This document shows positions 40,976 to 54,172 of a stretch of DNA of 64,000 bases, piece by piece (the stretch's first letter is position 1; each line of letters opens with the position of its first letter). Below the pieces are notes generated by a model. That model was not told the origin of the DNA. It did no database searches and saw nothing but the letters and a program-made list of their open reading frames with translations. Source of the DNA: Chiloscyllium plagiosum. Its lineage: Eukaryota. The position numbers were made by a program, and so were the translations under genes. Location of the stretch: positions 104,660,937 through 104,724,936 of the forward strand of contig NC_057717.1 of assembly GCF_004010195.1 (NCBI RefSeq). The letters are read 5' to 3'.

Positions 40976-43014
40976 TTTACTTTGGGATATAATAACGTAT
41001 AAAAAGTAATTTAAAAATGTTAAACAATAACCAACAGAAGGTGTGTTGTCATGGTTTGGTGTCCATGTTGAACTACACTGCAGTGTTCCTATACTCAGTT
41101 GGAAAAAATAAGAACTAAAGGTCACGTTGACTCTTTCATTCTCCTGTAGAGGAACACTCCCTTTTCCTAAAACCCCAATTTCACCCTTCCTATTAGGGAA
41201 TGCAGAGTACCATTTCTAGAATAGAGTCCATTTGCAGGTCAGCACTCACTAGTACAGGATTTATAATGGTCAAACAAAGGGAAAATGGGGAAAAATAATC
41301 TGACACTCAGAAATCCTGCATGCACCCTTGAAGCTTATTATTCAGTTTAGACTATCAGAGACTCCACACAATTTTAACTAAAATTAAAGATTAAAAAAAA
41401 ATACATTTGTGCATAACTGCACATCTCGTTCAAGGATTCAATGTTGAATGACCCTCCGAAGTAAATGAATGTCATCTGAACCAAAAGCATTGATTAGAAA
41501 AATGCAAAAAGAAATCATGCAGATAATTAACATCCTTCTGGTGATTTCAAGGCAAGATGCAGAAATGAAATCCAGGGTAAACCTTTCTCCAGCATTTTGG
41601 AAGACATTTAGAGACAGGATCTCATTTTATTGACCTGTGCAAGTTGAGAAAAGCAGAGAAAATCTACAAACTTTTCCAGTCTTGTCAATGTGGCAGAAAA
41701 CGACTTGCCATCAAAGCTGGCCTCTCTTCTCCAAAGTCCTCTCAACAATCTGCAATTGGTACCTGGTGACGGCATCGACAGCCTGTACAAACATGCCTCC
41801 AACAGATGGACAACTTAGGTCAAAAATTCATGTTGATTTTTTTTCTTGAACAGTCCACTCCAAAACTAACTTAATTTTAAAGAAAATTGTTTAGCAAGTT
41901 CTAGTAATTTCAATCCTTTTCAATCATTTCTTCTTCACTTTTTCATGTCAGAATATGCCCCAAATGTTGTCAAGATTGAGTTACAATTAACCAAACATAG
42001 TATAATCCATTCTAGCCTTGCAATATCTTAAGCACAGGATACCTCTTTTAATGGGATTTGTTAAAGCAAATGGTACATGGCAAAGATTTGAAACAGTATT
42101 AGTTAAACTTATCCATCCTCTTACCCCATTTTTCTCTCCAAGGCACTAACTCATGCTAGGTGTTCTAACGTACCACCAGCATTTTAGCCCTTCTTCACTG
42201 TGTGAGCCCAGGAAGTAGATCAGCAGGCTAAATGTCCATATAAGCATTCCACAATGCTTAAACCTTTTCTTATTGAATTCTGATACCTGGCCTTTCAACA
42301 GCAAGAATTGGAGTTGGGGGTGAGAATGCAGTGGTCTAACAGAACTTTTCCACCTGTAACCTAGGTGCGCTGGAAATAACAACAATCCATCAAAACCTCC
42401 AACTGAACACACTTAGCTAAGATCAAATATAGATTATCATGACCTGAGTGGCCAGAGAGCCTGTTACTTAAGACCATCTTTTGCACAAATTAGCACAAAT
42501 GTGAAATATGACCAATTCAATCACTGGGATTTCTAATGTAGAAAATGGTAACTATCTAAAAGAAATCTATGCCAGGATTTATCAATAAATATGAAAGAAC
42601 AATTTATTTATTGTAACAAACTTATCCATAACAAGTGTCAAAAATGGACAATTAATTACTAATATGCAAATTTAAACCATTACTAATTTAAATCCAAACG
42701 CATACACATTCAATCACAAATAGAATTAGAATTAGCTTTAGTGTCACACGTACTCACATGATTACAGTGAAAAGTTTACAAGTCGCCACTTACAGTGCCA
42801 TCTGAGATACAAAGCTACCTAGGTACAGATTCTTAAGCACAAATTCTTAGAGAAAGGAATTAGAAAGGTAAAGACATAAAAAGTCCGGCAACAAATTAGA
42901 AAAAAAGAAAAATAAGCACTCAGTGCTTCCAACCCAGACCGTGGCAGGCTTCATCTCAAAGCTGGGAGTCCGAGTCTGGAAGCCAAGACTCTGAGACCAC
43001 GCTGAGGCTCGGAC

Positions 43015-43705
43015 CCAGGTACACCTGAGGCTGGGAGTTTGAGTCCACGCTGACGCCAGGAGTTCGAGTCCACGCTTAGGCAGAAAGTTTGTGTTCACGC
43101 TGAGGCCCGGAGTTCGAGTCCACGCTGAGGCCGGGAGTTTGAGTCCACACTGAGGCGGGGAGTTTGTGTCCACGCTGAGGCCGGAAGTTAGAGTCCACAC
43201 TGAGGTCGGGAGTTCGAGTCTGCACTGAGGCCGGGAGTTCAAGTCCACACTGAGGCCGGGTGTTCGAGTCCACGCTGAGGCCAGGAGTCTGGGTCCACGC
43301 TGAGGCCAGGTGTTCGAGTCCACACTGAGGCCGGGAGTTTGAGTCCACGCTGAGGCCGGGAGTTAGAGACCACGCTGAGGCCGGGTGTTTGAGTCCACAC
43401 TGAGGCCGGGAGTTAGAGTCCACACTGAGGCCGGGATTTAGAGTCCACACTGAGGCCGGGAGTTAGAGTCCACACTGAGGTTGGGTGTTTGAATCCACAC
43501 TGAGGCTGGGTGTTTGAGTCCACACTAAGGCCGGGAGTTTGAATCCACATTGAGGCCAGGAGTCAAGTCCATGCTGAGGCCAGGGTTTTGAGTCTGGGAG
43601 TTCAAATCCATACTAGCCAGCATGTTGAGTCCATGCTGAGGCCGGCATGTTGAGTCCATGCTGAGGCCGGGAGTTCAAATCCACATTGAGGCTGAGAGTC
43701 TGCAC
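43015..43705. repeat. 25-bp GC-rich minisatellite, ~27 copies
   Basis: unit GAGTCCACACTGAGGCCGGGAGTT(T/C/A); consecutive starts at 43441 and 43466. Confidence 0.95.
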
Positions 43706-44154
43706 TGGCTTTCCCCATGGACATTGCCGATTTCATCCAGGGATGGAAGGTAAAAGGAAAAAGAAAAAAAGTTGCAAAGAGAGGGAGAGAAAAACAAAAA
43801 GATTCAGATGGAGTGGATGGACTCTGGCTTGGGAGTCCTACTCCACAGCCGTTAGGGATGTATCAAGTAGAATAGATCAACCAGACAGACAAGATAGTTT
43901 TACAGGAATATTGTGGGTGGGAAACAGAGGTAAAATGAACAAAGTCTGTGGACCAACAGTCCAAACAATAAGGGTGAATGAGGTGACTTACTCTCATTTA
44001 TTTTAGATTTTACAGGTGATGGTATTGCATCATTCTTGACAATGGTGAGTCTCAATTTGGTAGCCAGTCAGTTGGACCTGAATCCTGAGTTGAGTTAGAA
44101 GTTACCCTTTGCAAAGCCTTTAAGTATTATGGCATTTCAACTCTCCAGGATGAG

Positions 44155-44240
44155 AATGAGAGAGAGGGAGCATGAACAAGACAGAGGGAGAGAGAGAGAG
44201 AGAGAAAGAGAGAGTGAGACAGAGAGAGAGAGAGAGAGAT
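44155..44240. repeat. (GA)n microsatellite
   Basis: seen directly in the sequence. Confidence 0.9.
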
Positions 44241-45479
44241 GTACCTTGATTATAGGCTTTTGGAGGTCTAGGGCCCACTGCTGGTTTCTTTTAGTTCTAT
44301 GATAAAGCTGCTACTTAAAACCAATCTCTGAGATGTTGCTGAGCAGTTTTCTTTTTTCAACTCAAAGGTACCACATGCCAGTTTATCTCACAAAGTAACA
44401 AAAACAGCTTTGGAAAATGTTACACACATGCGTGTAACCGATGAGTGAACATCACAGTTCCACTTTTGCTTTGAGTGATAAAATTAATTGGTTCTTTCCA
44501 TGTAACAAACAGTCCAAATCTCCATTTTCTAATTAATATTTCAAATAAAATATATGTAGTCCTTACCCAATGCTTTTTACTGTATATTATTCAATAGCAT
44601 GCTAGTTAATGCATTTTTCTAACTGTGATAGACGAATAAGACAGCATATAGCATCATCATAAGAAGATTCAATGATCTTGCTCTTTTTTGTAGCTTCACA
44701 GCAAGATGAAGCCATCATAAGATATTTCGTAAATAATGATACCTCAGTGGACTCTGTAGGTATTCTGTAGCAATGTAACAAGATCAAGATTTATACATGG
44801 AGGAAGTGAGTGAAAAATCAAAATAGAAAAATCTCTGCCATTACCAAAAAGTTATGGGCAGTTTGCAGATCATAATAAAGCAGAAATGTGAAGAATTAAC
44901 ACCAAAGTTTTATAAAATATCACTTTTAGAAAGTAGGGATTCCATGATTCTATGGATAACACTGGTTTAAGAAGACAGTTTGCCACCAACTTCCCCAGAG
45001 CAAGGATAATAAACCAAGGCCTAGCTTTTGATGTCCATATCCCATAACTGGAGAAATAAAGTTTGCCATATATCCTGTTCATTGACAGAAGTATGTGGTG
45101 ATTAAAAAAAAAACATTTGCTGCATGCCTTGAGAACAGTTTGCAGCTTACACACTTTGCTTGTTGCTTCAAAATAGAGTGAAACCACAAATCCTTAGAGA
45201 CACTCTTAAATTGTAAGAAGTTAGCGAAATGCCACAACAGGTACAATGATTCGAACGGGAGAAAATATCTGATGCGTTCTGTTTTTCTCTGGCAATTGAA
45301 GAGGTGGAAAATGGTACATCAATAACAACTACAACCTCATCAGCAATACCTCAGTGACAAAATGAAATCAGAGATGCCCAGAAATCTGATGAAGGATGTG
45401 CTCATGCCAGAGGGTACTGCCTCAAAGCATGGCCAGTTTACATGCCACACAATCCCACTTTCAGATAGTACTGTGAACA

Positions 45480-46150
45480 GAGAGGATACCTCAGTAAAGT
45501 GAATGATTTACTCAATTACTGTGAGAAATTATTCCAAGAATCCCCAGACTCTATATTGCAACAATTATACATTTGAACAGCAAAGAATGTTAAAGCAGGG
45601 CAAGATTGTTGTCTGGTGGCTCGGTCTCTCAAAACCATTGGAAAAGAGGAAATAAAAATTACTTGTGATAGTCATCATCAGGAAAGAACAGAACTGTTGA
45701 TTTCATGTTGCTTTCCATCAGAACCATGGGAATGTCTTGGGGATAGACCTCTTCAGATGGAAAAATGTTCTTAATTGTAGTAGATCACTATTCCAGATGG
45801 ATAGAAGTTAAGTATCTGCAGGGTCACACTTCTGAAACAGTCATTATATCACTGAAAGAGGTATTCCAACATGTTGAATCCGAGACCTTGTAATCTCAAT
45901 GGACTACAGCTTGTCCATGAGTATTTTAAAGAGTTCATATCATCGTAAAGTTCAACATATTTACTGATCACCAAGATAGCCTCAAGCCAATGATGAAGCT
46001 CAAAGATGCCAGAGTACAGCGAGAGTATTACTGAAAAATGATGACATTCAACTTGAGCCACTGTTCATCTCCAGTCTAAAATAGCTTACCTCCATGTGAT
46101 CTCCTCATGGGAAGAAGATTGACAACTCATGTCCCTACTCTCCCACATAC
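45480..46150 (+). pseudogene. degenerate Gypsy integrase remnant
   Basis: VWWLGLSK, PSEPWECLGIDLF and LIVVDHYSRWIEV motifs, with frameshifts. Confidence 0.7.
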
Positions 46151-46257
46151 ATTCATGATATATCTACAATATGATGACTTATTAAAAGTGAGCAAGAATG
46201 AGGATGAGTTCAATTTCAGTCAGATTTAGAACTATGACAAACATCACAAAGCTTGCA

Positions 46258-46372
46258 GCTGGAAATGTGTTGCTGGAAAAGCGCAGCAGGTCAGGCAGCA
46301 TCCAGGGAACAGGAGAATCGACGTTTCGGGCATAAGCCCTTCTTCAGCCACATTCTCAAACAGACTCGCTAC
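46258..46372 (-). mobile_element. same family, inserted into the Gypsy remnant
   Basis: TSD cacaaagcttgca at 46245-46257 and 46373-46385; intact core CTGAAGA...GAAAcgtc at 46320-46347. Confidence 0.75.
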
Positions 46373-47644
46373 CACAAAGCTTGCAACCTAGCAGGTCTTC
46401 AACTAAGAGTGCCAGTTTGGATTCGAGCTCATTAAGGACAAATGGAAGAACAGACATCACATATTCAGATCTACCTCATTCAATCTAAAAATGGCACAGT
46501 AAGAAACAACACATGCGAACTCGCTTTTACATAGAAGCAACCTTCCACACAATTGAAGCAACCATCATAAGTCAACAGACTGGAAATGCTGAATTCATTG
46601 ACAGATCCAGTTGACAGTCTAATTGCTGAACCAGAGTCATCTATCAATTCTCCTACTACCCAGCAGAGAAGAAACTGAGAATATACTTAGGTAGACCAGA
46701 GCAACAATCACAAATTAAAGCAAGAGACATGGAGGCAGATATAATATAATGGAAAATGTAATTTAAGGGGTTACGTCTGTCTGTGATTCACCAATGAGGC
46801 AATACACATCATCATAGGAAATGGTCTGGCTCTGCCATATGTTGTCTTGTAAGCAACTACACAAAAGATAAGATTGCTTCTTTCAAAGTATTTTAATATG
46901 GAACTATATTCTCCAGATTCATTTCTAAATCTTAAATGCTGCTTTTCAGATTTGGTAAAATTGACAATGTTTGACTTATGATGGGTCCTGGAATCACCAT
47001 TTGTGAATGAACTGCTCCATGATACTGACCAAGGGAGATAGTCTGAACATGGTAGCCTAATGAGAGGGGATTAATAATGAAAACAAACTTTGAAAAATAA
47101 ACTGTTACATGGAGAACAGAGAAACAGATTGAGAGTTTAAAAGAAACACTTTATTTCCGTATCTCAGAAAATAGACTTTACATACAAATCTAATTATCAG
47201 AATAAACAATAACTATCACAAGGAGTGTCCATTCTTTATTGACAAGGTTAGTCTACCCTCTTCAACACAATATATGAAGCAAAACAGAAAAATCTTAAAA
47301 AAGCTGCATCATTGTTGTTAGGTGAAAGGTTCTTCCCCCTCTTCAGGTGACAGCATGACCTCAGCACAGTCAGTCAACATCACCTAGAGGAGCAAGCCAG
47401 TTGAGGACCACTATAGAGGCAGTTGGCATCACTGAGAGAAATAGGCGAGAAAAGGACCCTGTGACAGGTAGTCAGAGGCAGATTTATTGAAACTGATTGG
47501 AATTGATTCCTGCACTATTATATAGGAAGGAACTAGCTGTTTCATGAGTATCTCATGAGTTGTTAAAGTCTTTCTATTCTTAAATCTTAACATAGTGTAC
47601 AAATTGTTCGTAAGGTTAATAAAAACATATAAAAGGCAAAATAA

Positions 47645-49350
47645 ATAATGCCTTTCTATAATTCTCTAGAGTCAGAGAAGTTTCCATTGGACTGGAAAGG
47701 AGCAAATATACTCTGTTCAAAAAGGAGGATGGCAGAAAACAGGAAACTATAGGCCAATTAACTTGAGACTGTCTTGGGAAGGGACCAGAAGTTTATGTAA
47801 AATAATTATAGTTGGGCACTTAGAAAAACTCTTAGTTGGGAAGAATCAGCTTGGTTTCATTGAAGAGAAATCATGTTATTTGAAGGAGTAATTTGACTGT
47901 GGATAAAGGAGAGCCTGGAGGGGTACAATACTTGGATTTTCAGAAGGTATTTGATAAGATGTTACATCAATGGTTATTGTGGAAATGAAAAGCTCATGAT
48001 GTATGGAGTAACATACTGGCAAAGATAGAAGATTGGCTGGCTGACTGGCTGGCACAAACCAGAGAGAATGCACATCTTCAGCAGCGTTCCCTCTAATTGT
48101 TTTGCCGGCTGCATGGACCTCTGAGAATTGTACGTGGCAGTAACTTCTGGAATCGGAAGTCAATGCTGTGATTGGCATGCTGATGTTGATCACCGTGTGT
48201 GGAAACTTGTGGCTGAGAGGGAACAAAAACTGAAATTGCTGGAAAAGCTCAGCAGGTCTGGCAGCATCTGTGAAGAGAAATCAAAGTTAACGTTTCAGGT
48301 CCAGTGACCCTTCCTCAGAACTGACCCAAAACACTAAATCTGATTTTTCTTCATAGATGCTGCCAGACCTGCTGAGCTTATCGAACTATTTCTGTTTTTG
48401 TTTCTGACTTACAGCATCCATAGTTCTTTCAGTTTTTATTCAGCTGAAAGGGAATGTTGGTCTTCAGTATTATTGGTGGAATATTGTCTGGGTCCAATAG
48501 CCATTGCAGTATCCAATACACTCAGCCATTTCTTAACATAAACGTGCAGTGAACCAAGTTGGCTGAAGATTGGCATCTGAGATGCTGGGGGCCTCCAGAG
48601 GAGACAGAGATGCATCGTCTGCTTGGCACTATTGGCTGAAGATTATTGCAAGTGCTTCAGTCTTATCTTTGCACTGATGTGCTGGGCTTTGTGATAGGTT
48701 TTACAACAATCTACAATTGCTTAACTGTCATCAGGAGAACTTAAATTCCAGATTTTTATTGGTTTTAAATTCCACTGTTTGTCATAGTAAGATTCAAAAC
48801 TGAGTCCCCACAATATTACCTAGGACTCTGGATTATTGGTCTAATGACAATACTACGACCAATGCCATCATCTGGCTCACAAAATGTTAGGATGCTGGGA
48901 CAGTACATAATCAAAAAGGCTAATGTGATGTTATCCTCTATCTAGAGAGGAACTTAACATAAAAGTAAGGATATTATCTTCAGTTGCGCAGGCCATTCGT
49001 GAGATCACATTTCAAATATTACATTCAGTTTTGGTTTTCTTTTTAAGGAAGAATGTAAATGCATTGGAAACAGTTCAGAGTCTGATACCTGGAATGAATA
49101 GATTGTGTTATGAAGATAGGTTAGACAGAGTGGGCTTGTTCACACAGGAGATTAGAATAATGAGGGGTGATTTAAATTGCAAAAGATTCTGCAAAGTGTT
49201 GGCAATACAAGGATATTTCTGTTTGTGAGCCAGTCCAAACAGTGGTGCACTGTGTAATAAAGTAGAAGTGGCCTTTTGAGGAGAAGGATGAGGAGAATTC
49301 TTTTCTCTGAGAGTTGTGAGACATTGGAACACACAGCCTCAGAAAGCTGA
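47645..49350 (+). mobile_element. fragmented CR1 LINE with nested insertions
   Basis: ggaaactataggcca (GNYRP), ttggattttcagaaggtatttgataag (LDFQKxFDK), and a later 3' fragment RIMRGDL. Confidence 0.7.
48224..48442. mobile_element. related subfamily, fold-back with hammerhead core
   Basis: inverted arms (gctcagcaggtctggcagcatct / agatgctgccagacctgctgagc); core CTGAGGA-agggtcactggacct-GAAAcgtt at 48289-48318; near-perfect TSD gctga(g/a)agggaa. Confidence 0.7.
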
Positions 49351-50137
49351 ACCGGGAATGGGGAGGATGAGAACAGGAAGCCAGGAAGGGTTTGTAGTCT
49401 GGGAGTGGGCGGCCAAAGGCCAGGACTGGAAGCCAAACACCATTTTGTCAAAGTCTAGAGAATTTTGCCAATACTCGGAGGTAGAGTGGAGAGTTGTTAT
49501 TTAACTAATTATTTATAAGAACACTAATTATTTATATGAGTGTCCACAATTCTTCTGAGGACGGCTCTCAATTTTAGTTTCCCTCCCCCGAGACATAATC
49601 ATCTCAGCTGAGGTCTTTTCACTCTGTCCCTAATTCTTCCTTACCCTCAGAACAATCCTTCCCTGGCATCTAGTCTCTTACTCTCAGAACTGATCCTTTC
49701 CTATGACCTAATCTCTTATTTATGGAACCAATCCTTCCATGAGACACACTCTCTCTTCAAAGCCCCAACAGTCCATCCTGAAGAACCAATATCCTCGAAC
49801 CAGTCGACAATCTCCTTCACAATCCCAGAACCAACCCTTTCATAATTTCTCCTCTCTTCATCCCAGTATGTTGTTATATGAAGAATACTGTGGCAGTAAA
49901 AGCTGTCTGATCTAGCTTTGGTTTTGCCTACTGGTCTCATGTTGTAGAGGTCTGATAAGCAACATCAACAGCTCCTGAATTTCTCAATTCCTATGCAGAG
50001 AACTAAATCTATGTGGCCAGGCAAACTAGGATTCCTCAAATTTACTTGTATGTGCCTCTATCTTCTTGTTCTGTTTTCTTCTTATTTGAGGATAGATTTA
50101 TTCCCACTCTATCAATTTCTGTCATTGTTATAAGCAT

Positions 50138-50327
50138 GAAAATGTGTTGCTGGAAAAGCGCAGCAGGTCAGGCAGCATCCAAGGAACAGGAGAATTGACG
50201 TTTCGGGAATAAGCCCTTCTTCAGGAATGTTGATACTCCTGTTCCCTGGATGCTGCCTGACCTGCTGCGCTTTTCCAGCAACACATTTTCAGCTCTGATC
50301 TCCAGCATCTGCAGCCCTCACTTTCCC
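50138..50327. mobile_element. same family, fold-back
   Basis: TSD tcattgttataagcat at 50122-50137 and 50328-50343; core at 50197-50224 on the minus strand. Confidence 0.75.
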
Positions 50328-51699
50328 TCATTGTTATAAGCATCTCAATCAAACCAGCTAAGCACTTCTTCAGATCATTTCTAACCAGAATATGTTGTAT
50401 TTTTTTAAAATATAGATGATAGCTGTCCATCTCACTATCACAGGATAATTGGGGTCTGATTATGTTACAGATGCTTTATTCAAGTCTCAGTGACTCTGGT
50501 AATGTGTAACAAAAGGTTTGATAATTTCATATTTAATTGAAGTAATCTCTCTGATTTCTCTCCTTTATGCTGAAAGTTCCAGTTATATGCTTTTACATCT
50601 GTTTAATTATGCTGTACTCATTGCTCTTAAATGGTATTTTTCAGTCAGAATTTCAGCAGCCAGTGATGGCAAGATATTGATTGGGCAGCATATGACAATC
50701 AAGCCCCATTATACTTATTCAAATGCCTAAAATAGTGTAATTCCGGAGGATTCTATGGACAATTACAGAAGGGAACTCTGACCTATTTGCCCCATCCTTT
50801 CAGCTTGAAATAGAATTCAGTTGCCATTGCTCTTGCCTATTCTATGGAGGTGGCCTTCCATCTCGTATGATTATGGTGTTGTGGTGGTCAATACTGTGTT
50901 AAGCATTGGCTTGTGTGGTTCAGTAGTCGCTGCTATAGAAGGTGACAAGAAAGTGCATGATTTGCTGGCCTCTATCTTCCCTGGGCTCTCTCTTTTGTCA
51001 GTGGAGTTTTCATTTTGGCTTACTACTTCCAATGCCTCTTCAAACAGTTATCCTCCAAAGGTCAAGGCTATCTGACTATCTCCTACTTGTCATTTTCAAT
51101 GTCCCTCATCTTCATATCTCACTTATGGGCGTCCTTGTAGTGAAGGGATGAATGCCCAGGAGGTTGTCGCCCAGTGGCCAATAGGCCATACAGAAAAACT
51201 TGGGATATACAACTTTCATTTATCCGATATGTATTATAATTTGTGATGTTTGTGGGTAGCATTTAACATATCATACCAAGGGTGATAATTACAAAATTAT
51301 TGTCCATTTTGTAATGGATACTTATTTCTTCTCCTTTTTCCTTCAGAATCCTTAGTATTCTATTGATTTGTTGCATTTTGTCATCCTTCATCTTCATTCT
51401 CTCCTCCAATACTTTATTTTACTATTTCAACTCTCACTTTGCTGGTGAGCAATTCAAGAATGATTTTTTTCCTAATATTCTTCTCAGTAAACACCACTTG
51501 CCTAATTCTGCATATCCTCTAAAGCCTCACCATCCTTTCAGGGATAGCAACTCACATTCAATAAAGATATTTTTCCTGGTATGTTTGAAGAATACTTTAC
51601 AGTCCTTTTAACATTCTTTGTAATTATCTTACCCTCACTCTTTGCTTTCCTTACCCTGCCTTCTCTCCTTATTTTTTGTACCTGTATTCTGGATTATTT

Positions 51700-52925
51700 T
51701 ATTTATTTAGAGAATGTGCACTTCACTGGTTGAGTCAACATTTACTGCCCACCTGTCGCTGTTCTTGAGAAGGTGGTGGTGAGCTGCCTTCTTGAACCAT
51801 ACAGTCCATGTGGTATCAATAGATCTACAATGCCATCAGGGAGGGAGTTCTTTTTTTTTGACGCACCAACATTGAAGGAACAGTGATATATTTCCAAGTC
51901 AGGATGGTGAGTGGCTTGCAATAGGGTACTTGGTGATGGTAGTGTTCTCATCTAATTGCAGCCCTTGTCCTTCTAAATGGTAGAAGGTGTGGGTTCAGAA
52001 GGAGCCTTGGTGAATTTCTGAAGTGCATCTTATAAATGGTACACACTGCTGACTGCATCAGCAGTGGATGGAGTTAATGCTTGAGGGTGTGGTGCAATTA
52101 AGCAGGCTGCTTTGTCCAGATTGCTGTCAGCTTCTTGAGTGTTGTTGGAACTGCACTCATTCAGGCAAATGGGAAATATTCCATCACACTCTTGACTTGT
52201 ATCTTGTAGATGGTGGACAGATTCTGTTGAGTCAGAATTGCTTGTTGCAGGACTTGGTAACCTATAAACTGTTCTTGTATTTATTTCGCATTTATATAGC
52301 TAGTCTTAGTCAGTTTCTGGTCAATGGTAGCCCTCAGGATGTTGACAGTGTTGGATTCAGTGATGTTAGTGACATTGTGTATTCAGGGCTGATGGTTAGA
52401 TTCTTTCTTGTTGGAGATGGCCATTGCCTGGCACTTGTGTAGCATGACTGTTACTTGCAACTTTTCAGCCCAAGCTTGGATATCATCCAGGTTTTGTTGT
52501 ATTTACACATGGACTGCTTCAGTATCTGAGAAGTTACAAATGGCACTGGGTATTTGTGCAATCAGTAGCAAACATCCCCATTTCTGACCTAATGGAAAGA
52601 TAATTGAAGCAGCTGAAAATGACACTGAGGAACTTCTGAGCTTCTGTGATGCAGTAGTAGAGACCTTCCCCCTGGACTAGGAGGCCTAGGTTCAAGTCCC
52701 ACCTGCTCCAGAGGTGTATAATAAGATCTCTGAATAGGTTGATTAGAAAATATCTGCCGGAGGAACTCCTGCAGAACTGTCTTGGAACTGAGATAACTAA
52801 CCTCCAACAATCACAACCATCTTCCTATGTGCTAGATTTGAATCTCGCAAGTGGAGTGTTTTCTCCCCAATTCCCATTGACTCTAATTTTGCTAGGACCT
52901 TTCATGCCACACTCAATCAAATGTG
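51700..52925 (-). mobile_element. CR1/L2-group LINE remnant (same family as 855-2065)
   Basis: reverse-complement similarity, e.g. gaaggtggtggtgagctgccttcttgaacc. Confidence 0.75.
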
Positions 52926-53279
52926 GTAATAATATTAAGAGAATAACTAATAATGCTTTATTGACAGTTTAAAACCTATTTATCTATCTGCAATATTCTG
53001 AAATGTAGCTTCTTTAATGGTATACATTTATTTTGCAGTGGCATCCCACATTTTTCTCAGTTACTTGATCTTTAATCACAATGTCTTTATCCCTGTAGGC
53101 ATGCAAACAAACCGTTTCAGAAAGGAATCTGATTAGCAACTAGTGACCAGAAATTTTACCTTCTCTGTTTACACCCATTTATATTTCCAGCTTTGCCTTT
53201 TCTTTCCTATTTGCTCCTTTCTAGCTATGAAATGACTGAAACCTTACTCAGAATCAAGAAATGTGGATAGCCCACTAGA

Positions 53280-54172
53280 TAGGTGGAGGGACAGGTAGTA
53301 TTGAGGAGGTGGGGAGGCTGCAAAAGACACTGTAGGAGGGTGGGCAAAGAAGTGACAGATGGAATACAATGTGGGAAAGTGTGAGTTCATCTAGTAGGAA
53401 GAATAGAGGCATAGACTATTTTCTAAATGGGGAGAAAATTCAGAAACCTGAAATGCAAAGGGACTTGGAGTCCTAATCCAGGATTCTCTTAAGATAAACT
53501 TGCAGGTTGAGTCAGTAGTTACGAAGGCCAATGCAATGTTCACATTTATTTTGAGAGGACTAGCATATAAAAACAGCGTTGTATTTCCAAGGCTTTATAA
53601 GGCTTTAGTCAGACCACATTTAGAGTACTGTGAGCAATTCTGGGCCCCATACCTCAGGAAGGATGTACTGGCCCTGGAGCGGGTCCAGAGGTGGTTCACA
53701 AGAATGGTCCCAGGAATGAAAGTCTAAACATATGAGGAACATTTAAGGACTCTGGGTCTATACTCAATGGAATTTGGAAGGATGAAGGGAGATCTAATTG
53801 AAACGTACAGACTACTGAATGGTCTGGACAGAGTGGATGTTGGGAAGATGTTTCCATTAGCAGGACAGATTAGCATCTGAGGGCACAGATTTAAAATAAA
53901 GGGAAGACCCTTTAGAACAGAGATGTGAAGAAATTTCTTCAGCCAGACAGTGGTGAATCTTTGGAATTTATTGCCACAGAAGGTTGTCGAAGCCAGGTCA
54001 TTGAGTATATTTAAGACAGAGACAGATAGGTTCTTGATAGTCAAGAGGATGAAAGGTTACGGGGAGAAGGTAGGAGAATGGGATTGAGAAAGTTATCAGC
54101 CATGATTGAATGGCAGAGCAAACTCAATGGGCCAAATAGCCTAACTTCTGCTTCTATGTCTTATGGTCTTAT
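53280..54172 (+). mobile_element. CR1 LINE 3' end
   Basis: LYKALVRPHLEYCEQFWAPYLRKDVLALERVQR; ends in a tcttatgg-type tail. Confidence 0.9.

Noticed and set aside
43015..43705. CRISPR-like appearance and long ORFs (42847-43323, 43076-43450)
   Set aside because: The units are head-to-tail with no unique spacers in a eukaryotic context; the ORFs are artefacts of the 25-bp repeat.
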